51,364 nucleotides of DNA, taken from positions 1 to 51,364 of IMG/VR virus record IMGVR_UViG_3300011443_000004. One strand, given 5' to 3'. Below are positions 28,998 to 37,171 of this stretch, piece by piece. A model generated the notes under the pieces. The model saw only the letters and a program-made list of their open reading frames with translations, made no database searches and was not told the origin of the DNA. A program made the position numbers and the translations under genes. The stretch is from a virus. Its lineage: Duplodnaviria > Caudoviricetes. How positions within the stretch are numbered: position 1 is the stretch's first letter; each line of letters starts with the position of its first letter.

Positions 28998-29159
28998 CTA
29001 GTGGTTGTAGCCGAAGGTGACTGCGGCCGTTATCCAGAATGCGCCGGTCCAGTAGGCGACATCCGCCCACTTCCCCTCAAAGGCCCACCTGCCGGCGTTC
29101 AGCAGGTAGAGGCCCATGATGAGGTAGTTGAAGAGTCGCGGGTCGAGAAGCAGGCCCAC
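28998..29159 (-). CDS. Small membrane protein (53 aa)
   Basis: Hand-translated MGLLLDPRLFNYLIMGLYLLNAGRW...; fills the gap exactly. Confidence 0.55.
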   Translation of the reverse strand: MGLLLDPRLFNYLIMGLYLLNAGRWAFEGKWADVAYWTGAFWITAAVTFGYNH

Positions 29160-29160
29160 C

Positions 29161-29412
29161 TTAGCTGTCCGACGCCATGTTCAGGCGGTCCACCACTGCC
29201 GGCTCGGCTACCGGGATTGGCAGCGACAGGCGCGGGTTGCCCATCCAGCCGTTGTAGTCAGCGACCACGACCTGGCCGCTCTTGATAAGGCCCTGGCAGG
29301 TGCGGCGCGTCGAAGCCGGGATGAGGCCGGCGCGATGGGCGATGTCGGCCTGCATCAGGGGCTCATTCGCCTGGCGCAAGGTGTCGATGATGCGTTCTGC
29401 TGCTTTGCTCAT
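29161..29412 (-). CDS. Winged HTH DNA-binding protein
   Basis: LMQADIAHRAGLIPASTRRTCQGLIKSGQV. Confidence 0.75.
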   Translation of the reverse strand: MSKAAERIIDTLRQANEPLMQADIAHRAGLIPASTRRTCQGLIKSGQVVVADYNGWMGNPRLSLPIPVAEPAVVDRLNMASDS

Positions 29413-29457
29413 GCTGTCTCCTTCATGTGACGGTGTCGGTTCCTACCTATCTATAGA

Positions 29458-29473
29458 AGCAAGGGCTGTGCCA
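29458..29473 (-). promoter_or_regulatory. sigma54-type promoter of the HTH-lipoprotein-DUF4159 operon
   Basis: TGGCACAGCCCTTGCT. Confidence 0.75.
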
Positions 29474-29474
29474 A

Positions 29475-29630
29475 CTAGCGCCGCCAGCGTGTCATGCTGA
29501 ACGCCGCCGACAGATTCTCCATAGCAATCAGCCATATCCACCAGCAGCCGGGGCAAGAGATACGCGGTTTCCGCCTGCCCAGGTAGCGCGGGTGTGTGTC
29601 ACAGCGGTAGTAGGTGCGGCTCGTTCTCAT
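29475..29630 (-). CDS. Small Cys/His protein
   Basis: CDTH...CPGC; ATGA overlap with the polymerase stop. Confidence 0.5.
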   Translation of the reverse strand: MRTSRTYYRCDTHPRYLGRRKPRISCPGCWWIWLIAMENLSAAFSMTRWRR

Positions 29631-31963
29631 TTGTGATACCTCTCCCCTACCCACCCCTCTGCCCCAATTGGGCATCCTTCGGCCCAATCTGGGAGAGTGA
29701 CGAGCAGGTGTTCAAATTCGAGGACACTACCTGTCCCCTTTTCAGCCTCGGCTACGACCTCGTCGTGGACGGTCAGCACCGGGACGTAGGTGCCTGAGCG
29801 CTCACAGCGGAGCATCGCGTCCGCCATGATGTCTCGGGCCACTGCCTGCACGATGTTCTCTACCAGCGAGCCGCCATAGGTGCTCTGCCGCTTCCACTGG
29901 CGGGTGCGGATGTCGATACCCATGAAGGTCAACTGCTCGCGCAGTTCACCCCAGGAGGTTCGCGTGTTGTGAATCTCCGGAAACGGATACGCCAGCCGGC
30001 GACCGCTCGGGAGTTCACAATAGAGGTAGTCGCCCTCGCAGAAGAAGGACACGCCGTTCGTGCTGTGGGTGCCGCCCTGGTCTACCGCGCGTATCGCAGC
30101 AGCTTCTACATCGCCCCACAGTTCCTTGACGCGCCAGAACTTCTCTCGATACGCCTTGACTACCTTGACGGCCGTGATGGCATCGGGATTCGCATCGGGG
30201 GCAAACTCGAACTCGTGGTTCTTACGATAGTGCCGCCCAGTTCCCACGCCACAGACTTCGCAGAAGTGGTCTTCAGGAATATCCACCCCACCCTGCTTAC
30301 ACGTCTCCACAAACTTCGCGGCACCCATCTGGTAGCCGAGTCCCAACACTGCAATTTTTCCAATGCCTCGTTCCACAGGGTGGTCGTGCTTATTGGTCTT
30401 GTATCGGTAGATGTCATCCGCCATGTAGCAGTAGATGTCGGCTCCACTACGAAAAACCTCCAAGGCGTCGAGGTCGCCGGCAATCCACAGCAGAACACGG
30501 GCCTCGATGGATGAATAGTCCGCAACGTATAGGACCTTCCCAGGCCCAGCGACGATGGCACCGCGTAGTCCATGTGACAGAGCCTCCATTGTGTTGCCGT
30601 AGGTGGCAGCGATAAGTTCCGCGTTGCGCGTCTTGAGGTTCGCCCACAGGCTGTCCTGCGTGCCCTCCTTCAGCGGGTGTCCCTTCTCTTGGTTCCCCTT
30701 CGGGAAGTTGTGCGGCTGAATGCCCGCACCGCTCCACCTACCAGTGCCAGCACCGTGATAGAGCAAACCCCCACGGACGCGATAGTCAGCGGGGTCCACC
30801 CAGTCAGCCATCTTGCCATACTTGGCTGTAGAGGAACGACCAAGGGCGCGCATAAGCTCAATGCCACGGCGAGCCTTAGGTGGGACCTCGATATCCCAAC
30901 CAGGCAACTCTTCCCCATCAATTTCAGGAGCCTCACCATCGAGAATCGCATCGAGCGTCTCCTTCCGTGTGTTGTCGAGCACGAGCCCCTCTGTCTCCAG
31001 CCAGGCTCGCATCTGTGCGCGTTGCGTGGCCTTCTCGACCACCCCGCCCGTAAGCTCGAAGAGTTCAGCGTTCAGTTCAGCGGACTCGCCATCGACTAGG
31101 TAGAGTGCCGCTTGCACCGCGTCAGCATCCAACTGGAAGCCGCGCCGGTTGATGGTCTGGTCTAGGTGATACATGTCTAGCTCGTGCGCGCACAGGTCGG
31201 GGACGACTTCGCTGAGTGCTTCCTCGGCTAGCACGTCCTGCCGGCAGTAGGCCCACAGAGCCTCGAATATCTCCACCGACTCGTGCCACAGCCGGGGCAT
31301 GTCGGGGACCGCGCCATCGCGGTAGCCGCGCCCCTCGCACCGCATACACCGCGACTCGTTCGCCTTCGGTAGTCCCTTCACCGTGTAGTCCTGCACTTTA
31401 CCCGTGCCAGCGCAGGGGATGCAGGGTAGGTGGAGTCGCCGCCAGTTCCGCCAGTCGGTCTTGTTGGCTTTGCGCGGCTGACTCACCTTCGTCATCGAGC
31501 GCTGTTTGGACCCATCAAGGTCAAGAGCCGTGCGCAGTGCTGCATCGTCCTTGCGAGTGTCGAGCGATAGGGCTCGCGCAGCGTCCGCCAGTTTTCGCGG
31601 TAGTGAGTGTGCAGCCGCCTTCGCTGCGCTACAACGCCACTGCGTGCTTTTCGGCTGGGGCCAGTGGGGAAGACGATTGCTCCAAATGCATTGCTCGAAC
31701 CATGCGTTGTGCGCTTCAAGGATACCGCCTTTCATCACCCACGAGAAGAATTCCGCTTGGTCGTCCCCGCACTCGGCTTCTGCGATGCCCAGGTGGGGGA
31801 ATGCCGGGTGCCACAGGCCCGTGCGTCCCGCTTCCCAGTAGGGGAGACGATAGGCGAAGCACAACACTTCTGTTGTGGGGTCTACGGAGTATCGCCAGGT
31901 TCCGCTATTGCGAAGCGAGCAGGCGCTGCGTGTCTCGAAGTCCGTCGTTGCGCGCGCTTCCAT
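29627..31963 (-). CDS. polA: DNA polymerase family A (SPO2/APSE-like) with 3'-5' exonuclease
   Basis: DFETRS, AHNAWFE, YCRQDV, TGRWSG, ADYSSIEAR, GKIAVLGLGYQMG, ENIVQA, VHDE. Start at MEARA with GGAGG. Confidence 0.95.
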   Translation of the reverse strand: MEARATTDFETRSACSLRNSGTWRYSVDPTTEVLCFAYRLPYWEAGRTGLWHPAFPHLGIAEAECGDDQAEFFSWVMKGGILEAHNAWFEQCIWSNRLPHWPQPKSTQWRCSAAKAAAHSLPRKLADAARALSLDTRKDDAALRTALDLDGSKQRSMTKVSQPRKANKTDWRNWRRLHLPCIPCAGTGKVQDYTVKGLPKANESRCMRCEGRGYRDGAVPDMPRLWHESVEIFEALWAYCRQDVLAEEALSEVVPDLCAHELDMYHLDQTINRRGFQLDADAVQAALYLVDGESAELNAELFELTGGVVEKATQRAQMRAWLETEGLVLDNTRKETLDAILDGEAPEIDGEELPGWDIEVPPKARRGIELMRALGRSSTAKYGKMADWVDPADYRVRGGLLYHGAGTGRWSGAGIQPHNFPKGNQEKGHPLKEGTQDSLWANLKTRNAELIAATYGNTMEALSHGLRGAIVAGPGKVLYVADYSSIEARVLLWIAGDLDALEVFRSGADIYCYMADDIYRYKTNKHDHPVERGIGKIAVLGLGYQMGAAKFVETCKQGGVDIPEDHFCEVCGVGTGRHYRKNHEFEFAPDANPDAITAVKVVKAYREKFWRVKELWGDVEAAAIRAVDQGGTHSTNGVSFFCEGDYLYCELPSGRRLAYPFPEIHNTRTSWGELREQLTFMGIDIRTRQWKRQSTYGGSLVENIVQAVARDIMADAMLRCERSGTYVPVLTVHDEVVAEAEKGTGSVLEFEHLLVTLPDWAEGCPIGAEGWVGERYHK

Positions 31964-32093
31964 ACTTGCCTCCCTCCACAGATACCGAGATACCAGAACA
32001 GCCCCACGGCTACCTTCACCGAACGTAGAGACAGGCGGGGCGCAGAGTGGAGGACATACCCCCACGCTACGCGCCCGCCTTCACGGAGTCGCA

Positions 32094-32420
32094 TCAGTCT
32101 GTGCTGCCCGGGAACAGAAGTATCGACGCCGGCTCGTATATCTCACGCCAGTCCAGCCACTCCTTGTAGCAGGCGACCACCACCTGGATAGGCCCCTCTT
32201 CCGGGTCGCGGTAGGCGCGCACCAAGCGCAGGATGCCCTCCGACTGGAGCACCACGCAGGCATGAGCCTCGTGCTCGATGCTGACCACCTTGTTCAGTTC
32301 AGCGTCGTAGTGGCGGACCACATACTTCTGACACGGCGGTATCTCCTTCGGCGCGAGCATCGGAGTGCCCGCACCGTCCTGTCCTGGTGGCACGTCGCTG
32401 GGGATATCAAATCTACTCAT
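32094..32420 (-). CDS. Hypothetical protein
   Basis: ATGA-coupled to the ERCC4 gene. Confidence 0.6.
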   Translation of the reverse strand: MSRFDIPSDVPPGQDGAGTPMLAPKEIPPCQKYVVRHYDAELNKVVSIEHEAHACVVLQSEGILRLVRAYRDPEEGPIQVVVACYKEWLDWREIYEPASILLFPGSTD

Positions 32421-33190
32421 CGTCTGAATGTCTCCATAATCTTCTTGGCTCGGGACGCGCCGAGTCGCTTGGTGCCCTCTTTGTTGGGCACCGCTAGCTC
32501 CGACCACTCTGCCTCGGTCATGAGAAGCACCCGCTGTAGCTGGTCACGTAGGGCCAGGTCGGGTCCTACGAAGTCCTCCACAGCCTTAGATACTGCAAGA
32601 CCTATGCCAGGCAGCGTCACAGTGAGCGCTTTCCGGAAGTCGCTAGCCGGCGTCAGCAGAGCACCGTCGAGGTCAGGCGCGTAGACCGCCAGGTGGCTCT
32701 TGTGCTCGTCTAGCGCCTTGTCAGTCCAGTAACGGTAGCACGCAGCGATGAACCGGAGGGTATCGCGCCGGCTCGTCGTGTGTCGCACCCAGCACCCACC
32801 CCTAGTCTGGATGTTGAGTATCTCCTGTTCAAAGGCCATCGCGTTAGGGACTCCAGCCATCGGCCGCGCCCGATTGCCCTTACCGCGAAAGGTCGTGGCT
32901 CGTCCCTTGTCGTCGGAGTGAAAGTCACCCTCGATAAGTAGGTATCGCCGGTCGAAGTCTCGACACAGTCCCAGTAGCTGATGTCCTTGGAAGCGTTTGG
33001 TGCGAAGCGACGTTGCAAGCTCACCTACTTTCTTCAGTTCGATGCCGATGAAGAGAAGGGTTTCCCCCTCCCCTCGACCGACAAACGCGATATCACCGAA
33101 TTCCAGATGGGTCTTCTGGACGATGAACCCCATCTTCTCTAGGGGCGATACTAGCTCGTTGCTGCCCGTCGCGCCGTCTATCAGAATCAT
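32417..33190 (-). CDS. ERCC4/XPF-like nuclease (resolvase) with HhH
   Basis: LEFGDI..IELKKVGEL..RFQGHQL..LLIEG; LPGIG HhH. Confidence 0.8.
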   Translation of the reverse strand: MILIDGATGSNELVSPLEKMGFIVQKTHLEFGDIAFVGRGEGETLLFIGIELKKVGELATSLRTKRFQGHQLLGLCRDFDRRYLLIEGDFHSDDKGRATTFRGKGNRARPMAGVPNAMAFEQEILNIQTRGGCWVRHTTSRRDTLRFIAACYRYWTDKALDEHKSHLAVYAPDLDGALLTPASDFRKALTVTLPGIGLAVSKAVEDFVGPDLALRDQLQRVLLMTEAEWSELAVPNKEGTKRLGASRAKKIMETFRR

Positions 33191-33389
33191 AGTCGTGCTC
33201 CCACCTAATCCACCCTTCAGGTATGGCGAACATCCGGCGCGGGTGTCGGTTCTCGAACCGAATCTGCGCAACCATTGCAGCCTCGCGTATCTCCGTAGGC
33301 GTTAGCTTCGCCTGCTCGATAGCGGCGTAGAGTGCGTCCACCACCTGCTTGAACAGCGGGTCGTGGTAGTAGCGGTCGTGCGGGCTCAT
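33093..33389 (-). CDS. Hypothetical protein
   Basis: MSPHDRYYHDPLF..., with RBS; 3' end overlaps the ERCC4 start. Confidence 0.5.
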   Translation of the reverse strand: MSPHDRYYHDPLFKQVVDALYAAIEQAKLTPTEIREAAMVAQIRFENRHPRRMFAIPEGWIRWEHDYDSDRRRDGQQRASIAPREDGVHRPEDPSGIR

Positions 33390-33559
33390 CACGTCTCCTT
33401 TCGAGCATTCGCCACCCAGAGCATCGCCGTCTCTAGGTTCGTCGCCGCAACAGCCATCGCTCGCGGGTCGCACCACTCGGGATGTGCCTTGAGCGCGTTC
33501 AGGGCGTCAAGGTGTATCTGCATCGCCGTGAGAAGCTCCAGCCACTTTGCTTCGTCCAT
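33389..33559 (-). CDS. Small helical-hairpin protein, Acb2/Tad1-like (56 aa)
   Basis: Hand-translated MDEAKWLELL...DPRAMAVAATNLETAMLWVANARKET; coupled on both sides. Confidence 0.5.
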   Translation of the reverse strand: MDEAKWLELLTAMQIHLDALNALKAHPEWCDPRAMAVAATNLETAMLWVANARKET

Positions 33560-34341
33560 TACAGCCCCCAGTCTTCGGGCGACGAGTCCGGATACAGCAG
33601 CATCGCCAGGGTGAGGAAGTCCAAGTCTGCGAACTCCTTGCCCATCAGGTCAACGGCGTTACCTAGCCGGCACTTCTCCAGTATCTTCACCTTGAAGGCG
33701 CGGTCTTCGTCGTCCCATCGGTGCTCCAGATTGACTTGGACAAGCTCTGTTACTTCCTTCTGTCCGCGCGGCTTCATGACACCCGTGAAACCCATCTGCG
33801 GGGCACCAGTCTGGCGAGACACTCCGGTCACGCCCCAGGTATCCTTGAGCCCTCGAATGAGCCCCAGGTTCATGCCAGCGGCCTCAGCCTGCACGATGAG
33901 CCCTCGATACTGCATGTTCAGTTCGTAGAAGTTCTTCGGCGTCGGAGAGTCCACTTCATCGTGGGCATACCGGAGCGTCTCCCACAGGATGTCCTCCTTG
34001 TCGATAACGGCAGTGCGCGCGAGGTTCAGCGCAATCGGCCACGCTTCCTCGAACCCCTGCATGACTTCGATGGCGCGCGCTACTCGCTGCTCGCGTGGCA
34101 GTCGCCCGTAGTCGAGCTTCTTCGACAGGTCGATGACGCGGATATCCTTCTCTTTGAAGAGAGGGTTATCCGACAGGCCCTTCAACCCACCCGGGTCGAA
34201 GAGGAAGTAGGCGATAGGGTCGGGGGCCGTCAGCCAGAAGTGGGTTTTGCCCGCCCCGCCGATGCCCTGTGATGACGCGATGATGCTGCGTGTCTCGTCC
34301 GCGCCTAGCTGTGCGAATGCTCCCCAGTCTGCTGTTGTCAT
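33559..34341 (-). CDS. P-loop ATPase (AAA_24/Sak4-like recombination protein)
   Basis: GIGGAGKTHF, AVID; replication context. Confidence 0.75.
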   Translation of the reverse strand: MTTADWGAFAQLGADETRSIIASSQGIGGAGKTHFWLTAPDPIAYFLFDPGGLKGLSDNPLFKEKDIRVIDLSKKLDYGRLPREQRVARAIEVMQGFEEAWPIALNLARTAVIDKEDILWETLRYAHDEVDSPTPKNFYELNMQYRGLIVQAEAAGMNLGLIRGLKDTWGVTGVSRQTGAPQMGFTGVMKPRGQKEVTELVQVNLEHRWDDEDRAFKVKILEKCRLGNAVDLMGKEFADLDFLTLAMLLYPDSSPEDWGL

Positions 34342-34349
34342 GTGACTCC

Positions 34350-34673
34350 TTAGCTGATGAAAACGTCGATGCGTTGTTCGGTTGAGAGAATGAACTTCCA
34401 CTTGAAGGCATAGCGGGAGTCCGGATATTCCGCCTTGGTGATAGACTCGCCCTCGGTGCCGAAGTGGTCCTGCAGGAACGCGAGAAGCGCGTGAGGGTCG
34501 TTGCCCTGCTCCACGTCCATTGCGAGGAAGTAGAGGTCGAGGTCCTTGTCGCTCTTGCCCAGGTTGAGCACGCCGCCGCCGAGTGCAACGTGGTAGCCGA
34601 ATGGTCGCACCGCTTCCTGAATGTCTCGAACAACCGCTACTCCCTCATCGAGCGTCCACATGTTGTGCATCAC
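34350..34673 (-). CDS. Minimal Pol-beta-type nucleotidyltransferase-like protein
   Basis: ALGGGV..SDKDLDL..RIDVF. Confidence 0.6.
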   Translation of the reverse strand: MMHNMWTLDEGVAVVRDIQEAVRPFGYHVALGGGVLNLGKSDKDLDLYFLAMDVEQGNDPHALLAFLQDHFGTEGESITKAEYPDSRYAFKWKFILSTEQRIDVFIS

Positions 34674-34679
34674 ACCCTC

Positions 34680-34865
34680 CTATTCAGTTGGAACCCGGTG
34701 GCATCGCTTGCAGCAGACGACCCCGCCTAGTGTCTGCCACTCGTGCTTCAGTTGAGCGCACGCACGGTCTAGGCGTCTCTGCTCTGCCCATGAGTAGCCG
34801 AGAACCGCAGCGGTCGGTCCCATCATTAAGCCGGCGATAGCAGCGAGCAGTAGTAGCAGACTCAT
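34680..34865 (-). CDS. Small membrane/Zn protein
   Basis: Hydrophobic N-terminus; HEW..CKRC. Confidence 0.5.
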   Translation of the reverse strand: MSLLLLLAAIAGLMMGPTAAVLGYSWAEQRRLDRACAQLKHEWQTLGGVVCCKRCHRVPTE

Positions 34866-35515
34866 ACGTCCATGCCCTTCTTCCGCGCGTGGCGGATGAT
34901 GATTGCCCAGTTGTCGATAAGCTCGCGCGCCGTGAACGTGATGTCCCACATGAGTAGCAGTGGCCCACTCGGTAGCACGCCGAAGCCAGGGACCTCCGCT
35001 GGCGTCCACTGCCCGTGCCCGTTGATGAACAGCGCGACCAGCCTCGCGTGCTGCATCTTGAGCGGGAACCCGTAGCACAACATCTGACAGAACCACTTGT
35101 CGAACTTCTTCTGCTGCAGCCCGCCGCCGATGGTCATGCGCGTAGACTTGAACTCCCCTAGTCGCGTTTCCTCTTCGTAGAAGAAGTGGTCAGGCGAGAA
35201 GATGATGGAGCGCGGAGTGCCTACCGGAACGATGAGTCCTTCAGCGGTCGCTGCGAATTCGCCAGGCCGCGTGCTCGAACCCGTCATGCGCCGCGCGAGG
35301 TTGGCAGCGATAGACTCTTCGAGCGCTTCCTCGAAGGACGACCCATACTCCATCGCTACGACATCTGGCCCGCCAGGCTTCCCGAACCGCTTGGGGTCGA
35401 GGTCCTTGTAGAGGCTGTTGTAGATGTCGGACATGTGCAGGCCCGGGGTGCGCACATACCCCTCGGTCGGTGCGCCTATCTCCAGTCCGTGGTCTACTAC
35501 TGGCGTCAGAATCAT
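34862..35515 (-). CDS. PD-(D/E)xK exonuclease (Cas4/RecB-like)
   Basis: LHMSDI, SPD, EFKST, Q-x-x-x-Y. Confidence 0.78.
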   Translation of the reverse strand: MILTPVVDHGLEIGAPTEGYVRTPGLHMSDIYNSLYKDLDPKRFGKPGGPDVVAMEYGSSFEEALEESIAANLARRMTGSSTRPGEFAATAEGLIVPVGTPRSIIFSPDHFFYEEETRLGEFKSTRMTIGGGLQQKKFDKWFCQMLCYGFPLKMQHARLVALFINGHGQWTPAEVPGFGVLPSGPLLLMWDITFTARELIDNWAIIIRHARKKGMDV

Positions 35516-35524
35516 CGGGCTCCT

Positions 35525-36150
35525 TTACGAATGCGGTGGCGGCGCGCGTGCTGGGCGTCCCCTCTGTGACCTACTGGGATGAAGCTGCAGCCACCCCTAT
35601 CAACAATCACGGTAAACGTCTGTTCCAGATTCTTGCGCGCCGCCTTGTCGGTGGGGTGCGCGGAGCGGTGGACAACCGCCCCTCAGAGCGCCGACCCGCG
35701 CTCCTATGCACCCAAGTTGTGGCCGATGCCCCAGTGAAGGGGTTGACCGTCATGACGGCCTATCGTCGGACCCGCGATAACCCCAGGACCTAGCGGGGCT
35801 CTAGCTCGAATGGTGGACCGCCTCTCTTCGGCCCTCGCTTTGATTCCGATTCGCGCCTGCCCTTATCCCGAAGGAGGTTGGCTTCGTGTCGGTTCGCCGG
35901 GTATTAGCCCGCATGGTCGGTGTATCGCCCCGTCACCATGATAGCGCTGGATGCAAGACCCACCCAGTAGCCTACCGCCACAAGTGTTGAAGGGTTCCGG
36001 TGCGGCTCAGTTCCCCCTATAATCACGTCCATAGGTGATGACGGATGCCGAGTTGTTGTAGCAGGTGCAATCCACCCTGCTGCGCGACGGAGGTTCCGAT
36101 GTAGCCACACTGTCTACTGGGCGTCCCTCCGCGCGAGTGCGTAGGCGCTA
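35525..36150. ncRNA. Candidate large structured non-coding RNA (probably transcribed on the - strand)
   Basis: About 640 nt without a convincing ORF in a gene-dense operon; many perfect stems (see findings). Confidence 0.5.
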
Positions 36151-36152
36151 CC

Positions 36153-37094
36153 TCAGACTGCGAGGTTGATAACGCCCTTCTTGTCCTCGACGTTGACGAC
36201 CCACCCGCTCTGACGCGAGAGGAATTCGTCGGTGACGATGACCTTGCGGATAGCGTCCCGCTCGGCCGGTTCGAGGTTCTCCGCAACCGACTGCTTCACC
36301 ACGAGCGAAGGCAGCGACGTGCGCGCGAGCACGTTATCCTTCGCGTTGGCGAGCAAGGTCAGCAGCATTGACTCTGCCTGCGTGAACAACGCATCGCTGT
36401 CCACTTCGGCTGGCTTCGTCGCCGGCTTGGTAGCCGTCTTCGTAGCCGCCTTGGTCGCCGGCTTGGCCGCTGCCGTCTTCGCAGCAGGAGCCGCCACGGG
36501 CGCTTCGCCCAACAACGACGTGACAATGAGTCGGTCGTGGTTGTAGGACTTGGACTTGTCCTTCTTGTCCTTGCGCTTGCCCGCCGTCATGATGTCGGCG
36601 TCCGTGTAGGTCCGCGTGCCCGCCTGGTAGCTGCCTGCCTTCAGGTTCAGCGCCTTGCGTCCGCTCGCCATCTGCTTCGCCACATCCGGCTCCTTGCCGA
36701 ACACGACGCGGCGTCCGAAGAGGTTCTCGAAGTTCCGGAGGTTGCCCGCCAGGACCTCTTCCTCAGGGATGCCAGCCTCGACCAACGACGCCAAGAAGCG
36801 CTCTGCGTTCGAGCCCTTGGCGATGAGGTCGCCTTCCTTGTCCGATTCGAGCGTCAAGCCATCTTCGCTGATGCCCTGTCCGTCTTTCGGGTAGAGGAAG
36901 CCGGCTTCGAGGAACTGAGGCACCGGCTCAGTCGCTCCGTCCGCCAGGGTGTCAACCACGAGAGAGAACGTGGAATACGCCTTCGGCGTGCCCTTGTTCC
37001 ACTCCGTTGCCTCGAAGCGCAGTGCCGCGATGCTGCCCGGGGTGTTGTTGAGGTATCCGCCGCCCGCCGACTTGAAACGTCCTTCAAATGCCAT
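36153..37094 (-). CDS. Putative ssDNA-binding/recombination protein
   Basis: Strong codon bias, AK/P-rich linker, replication context, AGGAGG RBS. Confidence 0.55.
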   Translation of the reverse strand: MAFEGRFKSAGGGYLNNTPGSIAALRFEATEWNKGTPKAYSTFSLVVDTLADGATEPVPQFLEAGFLYPKDGQGISEDGLTLESDKEGDLIAKGSNAERFLASLVEAGIPEEEVLAGNLRNFENLFGRRVVFGKEPDVAKQMASGRKALNLKAGSYQAGTRTYTDADIMTAGKRKDKKDKSKSYNHDRLIVTSLLGEAPVAAPAAKTAAAKPATKAATKTATKPATKPAEVDSDALFTQAESMLLTLLANAKDNVLARTSLPSLVVKQSVAENLEPAERDAIRKVIVTDEFLSRQSGWVVNVEDKKGVINLAV

Positions 37095-37141
37095 TCACTG
37101 TCCTCCTGTTAGGTCAATCAAAGTGCCTATACAGATATACC

Positions 37142-37157
37142 TGCATAAGCCGTGCCA
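37142..37157 (-). promoter_or_regulatory. sigma54-type promoter of the replication operon
   Basis: TGGCACGGCTTATGCA. Confidence 0.75.
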
Positions 37158-37171
37158 ACTTACCCGCCCGC

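Noticed and set aside
35811-35900. Minus-strand ...GTCCACCA as a tRNA/tmRNA 3' end
   Set aside because: No T-arm (GTTCRA) at the right distance and no matching acceptor stem.
35904-36110. 68-aa minus-strand ORF within the structured region
   Set aside because: Codon use unlike neighbouring genes and no recognisable motif; not fully excluded.
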